Assembly (NCBI GenBank): GCA_011109175.1
Contig: RDEW01000031.1
Span: 1 to 64,000, forward strand
Direction of reading: 5' to 3'
Origin: Dicyema japonicum
Lineage: Eukaryota; Animalia; Dicyemida
Length of the DNA stretch: 64,000 nt
The number at the start of each line of letters is the position of its first letter. Position 1 is the stretch's first letter. The position numbers were made by a program, and so were the translations under genes. The notes beneath the pieces are model-generated. The model ran no database searches. It saw nothing but the letters and a program-made list of their open reading frames with translations, and was not told the origin of the DNA. Below are positions 11,801 through 23,380 of this stretch, piece by piece.

Positions 11801-12299
11801 AATAAATGTCTAAGTGGGCGTTTGATTCAAGATTTAATATAATTGTTTATTATCGTCTTTATCTCAAACAAATTAAATATAAGATTCTTCAAAAATCTTA
11901 AAGTTTTATAATTGTTAATGATCGTATTTATCTCAAAAATGAAGTCAATCAAATGCATAAACTCGTTGTATGCATGGACAATGAACCGAAATGCATACAA
12001 TAGCTCAGTGGTTCACATCCTTAAGGTGCTCGCGGAACCTTTTTGGGTTAATTATTTTTTGTTGAACCCTTACAACATCAATAATTTACAATTTTCACTT
12101 AAGACATAATTTGTAATAACAAAAAACAATTTTAATGTGAACATTGAGGTAGCTTTTTATCATAGCATAGTTCTGTAACGTTAAGAGTTATTGTTGACAA
12201 ACTGTATCCTCATATCAGGGAAGTTTTGGTAGATGTATATATTGAAAACCCTACTCGCATAATTAAGTCGATGGAAAAGGTAATAATGTACGTATAGCC

Positions 12300-12810
12300 T
12301 TTTCGGAGATATCAGGATATTTTGAAATGTATGCTCTCTAAAATTAAAAAGGGATTCATTTTATATATATCTGATTTGATGTTGATTCTGATGTCAAAGC
12401 AATACGATGTTCATATTCAATTGATGTTAGATTTCTGGCATTACTTTAAATTTGAATGGATTTTGAACGATGCATTAATATCCAGTAAAGCAGAATTCTT
12501 CGCTAAGCAAACTTTATCTCGACTAGTTAAAAAAACTCATGGATTTTATCCAAATTTAAGAAATGGCGTGGCTCAAAGAATTTCAAGAAGTTTCAAAGTC
12601 ATATACCTGCGATCAGATTTATAATCTGGATGAAACTGGGATTTTTACAAGCTTATTCCATCCAGAAGTATCTGCAAGACTCAGTTCGAAGGATACAAGA
12701 ACTTCAAAGATAGAGTATCTGTGATGTTATGCACAAATATGTCTGGAAATCATAAATTAAAGCCTTTATTTATTGGAAAATCAAAAATGCCAATGTTTTT
12801 TAAAATTATG
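12300..12810 (+). mobile_element. pogo/Tigger transposase fragment (CENP-B HTH + DDE_1)
   Basis: ILNDALISSKAEFFAK; QIYNLDETGI..KNFKDRVSVMLCTNMSGNHKLKPLFIGKSK. Confidence 0.8.
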
Positions 12811-12829
12811 ATTAAATTATTATTATCAT

Positions 12830-13560
12830 CGGTGTTTTACATAGTAATATTTGCTAGTATCTTCCGCAATGTGTTGTTAAGACCACTGGTCTTAAGTTCC
12901 CAACTTTCCCCGCTTTTTTGTTTGGCTTCTGTACTGGTATCAATAGTCCTTCTCCAAGTGGCATGGTGGCTCCTTTACTGTACGTTTCGTTGGAATCCAG
13001 GCAATTATCTTGTATAGTTTTTACGTTCCATTTTTGAAAAATTCATCATTTAAGCCATCTGGGCCGGACTTTTATTCTAACTCAGTTTGAAACTTGCTGT
13101 CATCACTTCTTTCATAGTTATTTCTTCGTCTAATTCTCCATGATCCGTGTTAATTTGTGAGTTTTTTTTGCTATTTTTTGATACGAATTGTGTTTCAAAA
13201 TAATCCGCTATAAGGTCTGCAACCTCTTATTGGTTAGCAATATGTTTTCCTTCTTCATCTCGTAAAGTCAGAGTTTTCCTTGGTAGTTTTCTGATTTGAC
13301 CGACAGCTTCATAAAACATCGCATTGTCTTTAAGGCCTTTGATTTTCTCTATTTTTGTTATTGTTTCGTTCTTTAATATCCGACGTGCAGCTTTTCTTAT
13401 TTCTATTTGATGACTGTTCTTTCCTTTTGTAGCAGCTGTTTCGTATTTTTGTCATTTGTATTTAGACATTGTATCCATATCGCCTTTTTGATTAGCAAGG
13501 AGTTTCAAAGCTGTTATTTCTTCAGTGGGTGTATCAGTTACGTAGTCCTCTTTTAGATAT
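12830..13560 (-). mobile_element. LINE ORF2 fragment (linker to RT N-terminus)
   Basis: ELDEEITMKEV..(P)GPDGLNDEFFK..LLIPVQKPNKK..NLRPVVL, with frameshifts. Confidence 0.7.
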
Positions 13561-13669
13561 ATAATGCAAATATTAGAAATATCAAAAAGAAACAAATGGG
13601 AATTGAATTTTATTTCGATAAAATTTAATACATCATTTTTTTAAATAAAAAATTTTTTTAACAATTAAA

Positions 13670-14500
13670 CAAATGTCAGTTGAGGAAGCCTGCTGCGTGG
13701 ATTGCGAACGAGTTCCCTCGGAGTATGGCTATTCCAATCTTTTGTCTCAGCCATAACCCTTCTAGTTGATCCCTTTCTTTCTGGCAAGCATTCCTCCGAG
13801 TTCTCGCAAGAAGTCAGCCGTCATTGGACCAACGGCTCCCGATGATTCGGTCGTAACAGGAGTAAATCGGTAGCGGTCCCCGAGGCAAAAAATATTTCTT
13901 GATTTTTAGGTTCTCCACAGTCGAAGCAGCTGCTCCAGGTGTCTGAACCGATTTGAAAATATTCGTGCTTGAAAACGTGTCTACACAAGTTGCGTCCCAG
14001 ATCAAGATCTTCCAGACATGAAAGGGAAAAGGGTCATCCCGTCAGGTCTCTTTCCATTTCATGACCCACTGGTTCAAGCTGTGCTGGAAGCTTGTAGCCT
14101 TCAGAGCTCTGACGATGACATCGTTCAGAGCAGCATGACTTGGTCTTCTTCCGGCGCTTCTTCTGCAGGATAGCGGGTGCAATTCCTTTGCATCGACTGT
14201 TTACCCGCATCGGTATCGGTGCTCCTGGCAAACGTCTAGTCCTAGTCTTTGTCCGATTCCAATCCTCAAAGAATCGTCTTCAAAAAGGTCCCGAGGTTTG
14301 GGAAAAATATTGCACCAAGCCATGCTCCACTCCCTCCACTTGAAGCTGACACCAAACAAGCCAGACGATGTTGATTTGCTTTTTTAAGGTCTTCCAAAAT
14401 TTTGGAGCAGACAATGTTATCCCAATTACTTAGCTTAGTTGTGTCTTCGGGGATTTTGAGTCCGTACCGTTCCATTCCGACAAGCTTAGTAATTATAAAT
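13670..14500 (-). mobile_element. CRE subfamily A, 5'-truncated 3' part
   Basis: GAWLGAI..WDATCVDT..WLRQKIGIAILRGNSFAIHAAGFLN* plus A-rich tail. Confidence 0.85.
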
Positions 14501-14509
14501 GACACAATA

Positions 14510-14832
14510 ATTATAAATGAGATGAATTTTTGATTAATGGAAATAATTAAGATAATTAATTAACACGGCCATCCATCCAAAGTGGACCCCGCCGACATTA
14601 TCGACGTTGCGTTGCCTCTCACGATTGCAACAGAGATCAACTGGAGAAGCCACCTGGTCTCACGTGCGTCGTGGCTTTTTAGTGTAGCTAAGCGTCCAAG
14701 TTTCTTTAAGAAGCGAAGCGATTTTCCACTTATTCCTCCAGTTGTCTCGACCACAATTGGATAGAACGCGAATCGGTCGCGTAGCGCTTCGTACTTCTTC
14801 TCCTTTGCCCTCATCGTTTTTTCCTCGCATAC
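14510..14832 (-). mobile_element. CRE subfamily B, 3' end
   Basis: ORF 14560-14814 RAKEKKYEALRDRFAF..AIVRGNATSIMSAGSTLDGWPC* and 3' UTR. Confidence 0.85.
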
Positions 14833-15120
14833 ATTGTTGTCAATCGAGGTCCCAGTCGAAGAAGTGCAGGACTATTCCCAAGACGGAATTGTCAAGCGAG
14901 CCCTGGAGTCTGCGAGATACCCAGCCATGCTTGAACCTGTTGCCCTGGACAGAGGAGACGGAAAACGTCCCGACGGGATCACAATTTTCCCATTTGAAGA
15001 GGGGAAACCTTTGGTCTGGAGGCTACTTGTGTCGACACACTTTGCCCGTCGGGAGCGCGGTTGACACACTGTATGCCGCGGGAAAAAACGATGAGGGCAA
15101 AGAGAAGAAGCACGATAACT
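14833..15120 (+). mobile_element. Inverted CRE-B segment
   Basis: GIVKRALESARYPAMLEPVALDRGDGKRPDG, ending in ~43 nt that duplicate the start of the minus-strand B segment. Confidence 0.8.
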
Positions 15121-15129
15121 TATAAATTA

Positions 15130-15960
15130 TATTTTATTAATTTAACAATAAAATATTATTAATCAACAATGGGGAAAAGCGGCTGCTGACATTACGAAGT
15201 AAGCGTTTCCGCGGACAACTGCATTCCCAATTTGTTGTCTCAGCCAGACCGCTTCCCCCACGTCTTTCTTACGATGGGCCAATTTCCTGTCGATTTCCTT
15301 CAGGAAAGACTCTGTGATACTTCCAGCAACACTAGACATCTAGATTGCCACCAGTACAAAAAATTTCGCCATATTTTTAATCTTGATTTTCTCGGCCAGA
15401 TCGCCTGCAAATCTAGCAGACTGCGCCGAGCTCAGTATCATCGAGTTCGAGAAAGAATTCACAACATTGCAGTCACATATCAGCTATTTTCCCTCAGTGA
15501 ACGAAAAGATAGGTAGTCCATCCGGTCTTTTCCCGTCTTCGCGGCTCCAGCACTGCCGGGAAGCCTGCAGCTTCAAGAGCACGCATGAAAATGTTATCCA
15601 TAGCAGCGTTGCGGTGTGCTCTGCTCGCACTCCTTTTGCACGAAAGCGGATGCTTGACATCGACGATCCCTCCACAACGGCATTGGTGTTCGACGCATAC
15701 ATAAAAACTCTCAGACTCTGTGCGATCCCAATCCGAATACAGTCATCTTCCAAAAGGGTCCCAAGAGAGGAACACAGTAGAGCACCTAGCCATGCTCTGC
15801 TCCCATGGTTGGCGGTAGACACGAGGCATCCAAGACATGCTGGTTGGCCTCAGACTTTAACACGTCGAAGATTTTTTTAGAGTAAATCTCATCCAAGTCG
15901 TGTGTCCTAGAAGGATCGTTCGGCATATCCAAACCAGTTTCACACCATTCGCGGCGATCT
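15130..15960 (-). mobile_element. CRE subfamily C, 3' part
   Basis: GSRAWLGALLCSSLGTLL..EDGKRPDG..WLRQQIGNAVVRGNAYFVMSAAAFPHC*. Confidence 0.85.
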
Positions 15961-18270
15961 TCTTGATTTGCTTCTTTCTTAAGGTCTTTCAAAATTTTGG
16001 AGCAGACAATGTCATCCCAATTTCTTTGCTTCGTTGTGTCTTCTGGGATTTTGAGTCTGGACCCGTTCCATTTCCGACAAGCTTCGTCAAATGACTCATT
16101 CCAGCAAAGTCCAATTGTGTTATGAAGGACTTGCCGTGTCAAATGACTGCAGCTTGAGAGAGATGATAGGTATGCCGGGTACGCAACCTCCAGCGCCGAT
16201 CTCATTCCGACACCCCAAATCCAGAGGGAAGCTTGCATTGTTTCCAACCAAGTTCGTCGAAGCGGACGTTAATTATTGACTCGACTGTTTGCTTGAGAGA
16301 CTTGTCATTGAAAGTAGAATGTCATATTGTTCGTAGCAGGGTGAACATCGGAGTAGATATAAAAGCTTGGGTAGTCCGATGTTGTTTCTCATCAGAAGAA
16401 AGATGTGTGAGAGTCGAGACATGACAATCTTTTCGCAAGGCGTGTTAATTCTTCATTTTTGGAAAGTAGATGGTTCTTGAGTTCTTCTTCGCTGAGTGGG
16501 CATCCGAGGAAATATAATTTATCAACTGGCACAGTCGGGATCCCAGGAAGCAGTTCGTAAAAGACTCCTTGATAGAGAGGAAGTCGGTGTATGGATATGA
16601 GACATTTATTAGCTCTGATTTGTTAACATTGATGTCCAAGCCCAAATGTTTTAAAGCGGGTAACGCTTTACGTAATGAATTGTATGTTTCTTTGAACGAT
16701 CCTCCAATTGTGGCATCATCGAGGTACCAGAGATTTAGCTGAGCATCAATTGAGCTCACAACCTCATCAATGGTCAAGGCAAATAATAGAGGTCCGAGCG
16801 GATCTCCTTGTTGTACACCCGTTTTTGATTTAATAATTTCATTTTCAAAAACCAAAGACGTATCTTCCCCATAGGATAGATTGACAAGAGGGAAAAGCTT
16901 TGGAGCCCTCTTCCAACACGTTTTCATAATTTCGTCTCTTCTGAGAGAATTAAAGGCATTCGTTATGTCCAACTTGATTCCAATGCATTCATTTGAAATA
17001 TTTTTCTGTGTGAAGAAACGCCTTGCTGCATGAACCGCAACCTCACATCCGTTCTGGATACTAACACCCATTTGTTTAGGAAAGAACTCCTCTCCGAGTT
17101 GTCGGCTCACCATGGTCGATGCTACTTTTGCTGCAAGTCTTCTAAAATAGTTCCCGACCGCAATGGGCGATTCCTCCGTTGGGTTTTTTGAAAGCAAGTA
17201 GCCTTGCAGAGAAGAGCAATTCTCTGGCATATTTTGGGATGTCGCCGTTAACCATTTTTCTGATTAGGTCCGTAATTGATTTGACAAGACACCGTCCAGC
17301 TTCCGAGGTGTAAGTGGACGTAAGGTCCTTAATATGGCCAGGACGTAACCCTTCCAAGCCTCCACCGCTGCTAGCCGCGAAGGAAGTTATTCCGTGGCGC
17401 ACTTCGGATTCAGTAATGATTATCTCCTGGGTTCCTTCAGGATTCAAAAACTTTTCATAGTCAGTCGGTGCATCTGGATGCTTTAGTATTAAGGTATTTA
17501 GGACCTCGGGGGTACAAGACAATACTGTGTCATCGGATGTGATAACTCGTAAGGCTGCCCGCACGTCGCCTTCCAGAAGTTTCCGGTTTACTCTCTCCTT
17601 TAGTTTGTTGGGGGCATCTTTGATGAATGCTCCTCTGGTTTCGACCTCATTGACATTAAGTGGATGTTCAAGTATTGCGTGTATGTTATGACAGCTAAAA
17701 TTCATTATGTTTCGTTTCAGTTTCCCGGATAAGTTGAGTCGGGAGTTTGTTTCTTTATTATTGTCCTCAGATTCCTTTGTAGGTATTCCGAGTGCGACAG
17801 GTGCAAAGCATATAAGTTTTAGCCAGGATTCCCAACTGTCAGAGGATAGTGCGTGATCAATGGCATCTGAAAGACACGTTGCTGCGGCAATTCGTACTCC
17901 TTTAGGGATTTTTACTGGGATCTTCATGGCTTTCCTGAGGTTCGAGATCTTCAAGAGAGTATGGTCTGTATGTGGCAGTGTAAAGTTTGGCTGAGTTATT
18001 TTTTCCCGCCTGGGGGCCTCCATTCCAATACAAGAGGGGCACAGCCAACTCGACAGCGTCTCGGCGCAAGCTTTACTCATTTTTATGCAGCCCAGATGGA
18101 CGAATGATTCACATTGCGTGCAGTTAATCCCATATTTCCTGATATTCGATTGTCCACATAAAAAACATACCTGATTTGTCCGTACTGGATTTGTTCCTCG
18201 TACTTTGTCTTCTTTCGTTCTTTAATTTCCATGAGATTTTTGTTGATCACACCACACCACTTAATCAATT
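15961..18270 (-). mobile_element. CRE-clade retrotransposon 5' two-thirds: PHD finger + RT (frameshifted)
   Basis: CFLC..CTQC..HLGC..WLCPSC at 18030-18167; GLEGLRPGH, KKPNGG, KLDITNAFNSL, GVQQGDPLGPLLF, WYLDD; KLPSGFG(G)VGMRS. Confidence 0.9.
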
Positions 18271-18349
18271 TTTTAAATAAAATTTGTTTTAGTAAAAAAA
18301 ATCAAATTTAGTTATTTTCAGCGACGAGAAGTTTCCCAATAAGTATTTT

Positions 18350-18442
18350 AAAATTATTGATTAAATTCTGAAATTTTCCATTTTCCAAATTTGCTTCAAA
18401 AAATGCTGGAACCAAAAATGGCAAATTTGGAAAAGTTTACTG
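18350..18442 (-). mobile_element. pogo-family terminal fragment
   Basis: Reverse complement TA|CAGTAAACTTTTCCAAATTTGCC, similar to the TIRs of 18551-19721. Confidence 0.6.
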
Positions 18443-18550
18443 TACTTCAAATGAAGACTACAAATTGATTTTAACTTTAATTGATATTTACAGTAAATAT
18501 GCTATTTGTAAAGAAATGAAAAATTAATCTGCATTAGGTAAATTGTTATA

Positions 18551-19721
18551 CACGTAAACTCTCTCAAATTTGCCGATTTTGGTTCCAGAGAAATTGTGGC
18601 AAATTTGAGAATTGGCAGATTTCAGAATAAAATTTTATTTTAAGTTTTAATTAATTTACTTAAAGATAATTAAACTATTTTAAATTAATAAATTTTATTT
18701 TTAAGGAAAACAATATTTTTTAACTGAGGAAACAAAAATTAATTAAATTTTATTAAAGTAATTCTCAATTCCCAATTGCCTCTTATTAGAATTTTTAATA
18801 TTTTCTTTATATTTTCTTGTTGAATTCCCAATTGCCTCTTATTAGAATTTTTAATATTTTCTTTATATCTTATTGAATTCCGATTGCCTCTTATTAGAAT
18901 TTTTAATATTTTCTTTATATTCTTATTGAATTCCCAATTGCCTCTTATTAGAATTTTTAATATTTTCTTTATATCTTGTTGAATTCCCAATTGCCTCTTA
19001 TTATAATTTTTAATATTTTCTTTATATCTTATTGAAGTAATGAATTCTGCATCATTATCATTTTCAATGTTTTCTAGAAGATAATTTTTAATCTCTCTTA
19101 ATTTTAAAAGCATTTCAGCCTTGTTTAATGACACATGTACTTCTACACAACCGGATTCTTCTTGTTCCTCAATAGCAATTAATTTCACCTGAAAGTTCTT
19201 TAGCGAAAAATTCTGCCTTATGTAATATTAGAGAATCGTTCAATAAAGCACCTTAAATGTTAGAGTAAATAGTGTACTTTTTATTCCATTGAAATCCATC
19301 CAATCTACTAGATTTTCATCAAGCTCCGGGTATTTTAATTTTTACTAGTTTTTAGTTTAGGAATAAAAGCGATTCTGCATTCATTAATATTGCAGTGACT
19401 GTCCTTCTTGAGACTCTCTTTTTAAAAATAGAAGAAAATATGTCGCATATCGTCTGACGTGAAACTGATTTATTGGTTTCTTTATACCACAATATTTCCA
19501 CTTTTTGAGCAATTGAAAGTCTGGTGTAGCCCCCAACATGAACATTCCGACCATGCTTGCTTTAAGATTATTTAATTTTTTAAAAAAATAAAAAATAATT
19601 TTTAAAAATGTTGCAAATTTCAGAATTGGCAAATATCATTGAAAATAGAAAAAACTCGATTAAAAATAGCAAATTTCAGAATTGGCAAATTTAAGAGTGG
19701 CATATTTGAGAGAGTTTACTG
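18551..19721 (-). mobile_element. Internally deleted pogo/Tigger element
   Basis: TA-flanked TIRs CA(C)GTAAACTCTCTCAAAT; N-terminal HTH RLSIAQKVEIL..VSRRTVTAIL; LNDSLILHKAEFFAK fused to the C-terminal acidic part; DDE core absent. Confidence 0.8.
18767..19035. repeat. Minisatellite, 5 x 53-56 bp
   Basis: Unit AATTCCCAATTGCCTCTTATTAGAATTTTTAATATTTTCTTTATATCTTATTG. Confidence 0.95.
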
Positions 19722-20574
19722 TAGTTAGAAAAATTTAGAAGTTTATAATTCATTTTCAGAAATCTGCTATCAAATCGGATTTTGCCAATTTCTTTAAATG
19801 GAACAGAATTGAAAAAGTAATATTTGGAATCTTTTTGCATAAAAAATAAAATTACACATATTTTCGGGAGGCCAAATATTCCACAGTCACAAGTATTTAT
19901 ATATTTTTCTTGCTTAGGGAATTTTAGAAAGATTTAATCAAACTTTTACAAGAAATCTCTTTAAATTAATGACAAAAAATGCTACTAAGAATTGGAAACA
20001 ATTCTTAAATAAAATATTTTTTATGTACAACACAACAACGCATGCTTCAACCAAGTAAACGCCATTCAACAAAATGCGAGGCGTTTCACTGATAAATATA
20101 GTAATTCCAACAAATACAAAGTTTTTATTTTAATTAAATATAGTGAGAGCTTGATTAATGTTTCTTTTCAATCAGCCGAAGAGATGAACGTGGAAGATAA
20201 TTCAAATTTGTGTAGTAGATTTTCTTTAAACTATTTTATAAATAACGAATAATTTGGACCTAATTTTCTGCCTACCAGACCTTAATTCACTCTATATCAA
20301 AAAGATGAATAAAAAATGGATGTTCATAAGTCAAAATATGACTATAGTGGGAGATAAAGTATTTATATAATTAATTTTTGATCCGCATGGTAAAAGATTA
20401 TGAACGAATCCGTCATTAAGATTTACCCGTTTTGAGATGCCTTATGAAGAATTAGCTGAAATTATTAATATTTTATAATCGCCTAGAGGTAAGTATTAAT
20501 AATTTATATCTCAGATTAAAGAGCTTTCATGAAAATCAAAAATAATTAAATTGTGTCGTGAAAGAAAACTTAAT

Positions 20575-20965
20575 CCTAAAGAAATTAAGACACCTAGCTA
20601 TACTAAAAAGCCACGACTTAGAAGAGACCCGGTGGCTTCTCCACTTGATCTCTGTTGCAATCGTGAGAGGCAACGCAACGTCGATAATGTCGGCGGGTAC
20701 CACTTTGGATGGATTGCTGTGTTAATAATTAAATAAATATAATAAAGTTATTATCATTGATTTACGATAAATGTCATCATTAATGATAGGCCTTCTAATT
20801 GGAGGCTGGGATCACTTCGGATGGATTGCTGTGTTAATTAATTGTTATTTAATAATTAAATATAATAAAGTTATTATCATTGAATTGATTTACGATAAAT
20901 GTCATCATTAATGGTAGGCCTACCAATTGGAGGCTGGGATCACTTTGGATGGATTGCTGTGTTAA
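20575..20965 (+). mobile_element. CRE-B 3' end with tandem reiteration of its terminus
   Basis: ETRWLLHLISVAIVRGNATSIMSAGTTLDG; CACTT(T/C)GGATGGATTGCTGTGTTAAT recurs at 20701, 20813 and 20941. Confidence 0.8.
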
Positions 20966-21680
20966 TAATTTTTTGAATCTTTATTTTTTATTTGGGGTTA
21001 AATAAATAAAAAATAAATAATGGCAGCTGATGGTAACCAGTCCCGCATGTCACATATTATCTGTCTCTCAGTCTGTAAAAGAGAGGTTTTTGAACTTTTG
21101 CCTTTGTTACATTTTCAAACTTTTTGATAATGTAGCAATTGTTCAATTAATTTGGTTATCATGGAAATACATTGTGATTCCCAAGGTTTCATTAATGACT
21201 CCATTAACCATATTTTTGGAATGATAAGTTTGACTTATCAGCCCGGACACGAAGATTGGCCTGTTTTATATGCTATACGACAATGAATAATTTTCGCATG
21301 CTATCGTGTCCTCCCGTGCCATAATGTCCGGGAAAATTCGAACATCTCACAAAAAAATGTTTAGTAAACAATATAAAATCGATGTTTCGATTTTTTTAAA
21401 TCGAATATATTCTATTTAATTGTTTTTTTAACTGGAATGTCTATACATGAACTTATGCACAAACGCAACTTAAAGAGCTATCTTCTCACTGGTGTGCAGT
21501 ACCACGGACAATTTTTTTGTGAGAGGCCTCCGCATTCCTATCGAGGATGCGATTTTGCGTAGAGAATCTAGGTACTTTACTTTATCTAGCGTCATAATCG
21601 AGTACGAATGTATAAAATCATTTAATTTACAGAAAATCAAGATTTAATTATTTTAAAATTAATTATCATAAGTAAATCAT

Positions 21681-22591
21681 TTATGGGCATGAATCCTTCG
21701 TAGACACGTTAGAGAAAAGTACGTAAAGTCCAAAATAACCACATTGAAATACACTCAGTTTTACGTCATTTTTCATAATTTTACGTCCTCGATGGAGTAC
21801 ATGGAGTAAATTACTTGCTCGTCAGTGGCAATCAGATTCATTAAAATCAGCTTGTTGAAGAAATTTTCATAAGCATCACAAAATGCGGAGATTGATCGAA
21901 TATGACCAGCCAAAATAGCTCCGGATACCCAGAATTTCGCTTCTTTGACTATTTCTTCAATTGAATAATTATAGAACATCGCCGGTTGAGTCATTAACAC
22001 ACGTGTATTATCCACATAATCTGACGTTTTCATTGAGAACTTGAAAGTAGGTTTTGCGAAGCGAAATAGACCAATATCGATCCAGGATATGTATGAAAAA
22101 TTACTAAAGAGTTTAATAGTCCGTTTGATCAGGTCGTGTTTGGAATGCATAATAGCATTATATTCAGAATTGCCTGTCTCCAGTGGATATTTACCAAAAC
22201 CAGGAAGTGTAAATATGTTTTATTTCGTCAATTCTTCTGAAACCAAACAGTTCTGATCTATTAACGTGCAATAATGTAGTTGGAAGATTATATCTGATAT
22301 TTTTCATATGATTCAGGATTTTCTCATCGTCAGAAAAAAAGACAAGATGATTTCTAATAAATCCAAAATTGTACATCCATTCAAAATATTCAGACGGACT
22401 ACGAGGGCCACCTGGTTTTATGAATTTTCCAATACTGTAGTAGGCACTTACTAATATGAATTCTTCACCCCCGTTTTCCTTATAGATTGGATCCTAAAAT
22501 ATTATGACTGGTTAACCGTGAATGATATAAACTTATAAATCATTATCTGTAATATCATCAAAGTAAAAAGGACTTTGCACTTTATTATCAT
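21681..22591 (-). pseudogene. Second HtrL/YibB-like copy with two frameshifts
   Basis: MIIKCKVLFTLMILQIMIYKFISFT, same 23-nt intron; 2-nt loss in ATAT (~22215) and 1-nt loss (~21785) relative to copy 1. Confidence 0.7.
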
Positions 22592-22689
22592 TACAAACAA
22601 ATTGAAATATTGTCGTAGGGTGAATAGTATTTTATTGCTTTTTAATAAAATTTTAGTTAATTTAAAAATAATTATTTATTTATAATAGA

Positions 22690-23380
22690 ATGGACATTTT
22701 CTTCGACTCCATGAGTCTGAATTGGATATGTTCTCCGATCTAAATTTGAATTTTAGCGTGGCGGCATCCGGTTCACCTGCACTACTGATAAAAAATTTAA
22801 GATGGACTCGAACTGTTTTTTGGAGATACTTCTATCCCTTCTACGTGGGCCCAGAAGATCCTTGGGGTAGTTTTTGACTCTCTAATGACGTTCTAGAGTC
22901 ACGTGGAGGTGCTTCCAATGGTCTTCGGAAATGGAACATTTTAAAAGCGATCATAAAGAAGAGCCCCTTCCCCCCTGCTGCTTGCGTCAACAAGGTCTAC
23001 CAACAAGTCATTGTTCCTACTAATTAATTTTCCTGCTCCGCCTGGAGATTTTCCATTCCCTCTTCGAGAATTGATCGCTTGAACTCTCAGGCAAAAAATT
23101 ATGCACCACACTGACATTCCATTGGTGGCCTCGTTTCTGATAAGGCGAAGTTTAAGAATGGCCAGGGTTTCCTACGTTTTTGCAAGGCATTGGGAAACCC
23201 ATTCAAGAAAAGGTGGCCCATCCAAAGGAATTTCGGTCGGTTATAAAAAAAGTGCACGTCGATTGAATTCATATGCAGAAGGAAGAGAAGGCGCTTCCGG
23301 AATGCAGTTGGGTCATCTGATGACCAAGCGAAGAGAGTTCGGATGTTGTTGGAGTCTGGGATCACCTAATTAGTTAGTTT
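22690..23380 (+). mobile_element. APE-type LINE 3' part
   Basis: QKILGVVFDSLMTF (RT thumb); ends GGGATCACCTAATTAGTTAGTT. Confidence 0.7.

Noticed and set aside
18739-19188. 149-aa repeat protein gene
   Set aside because: The ORF is a pogo C-terminal remnant running through an AT-rich minisatellite.
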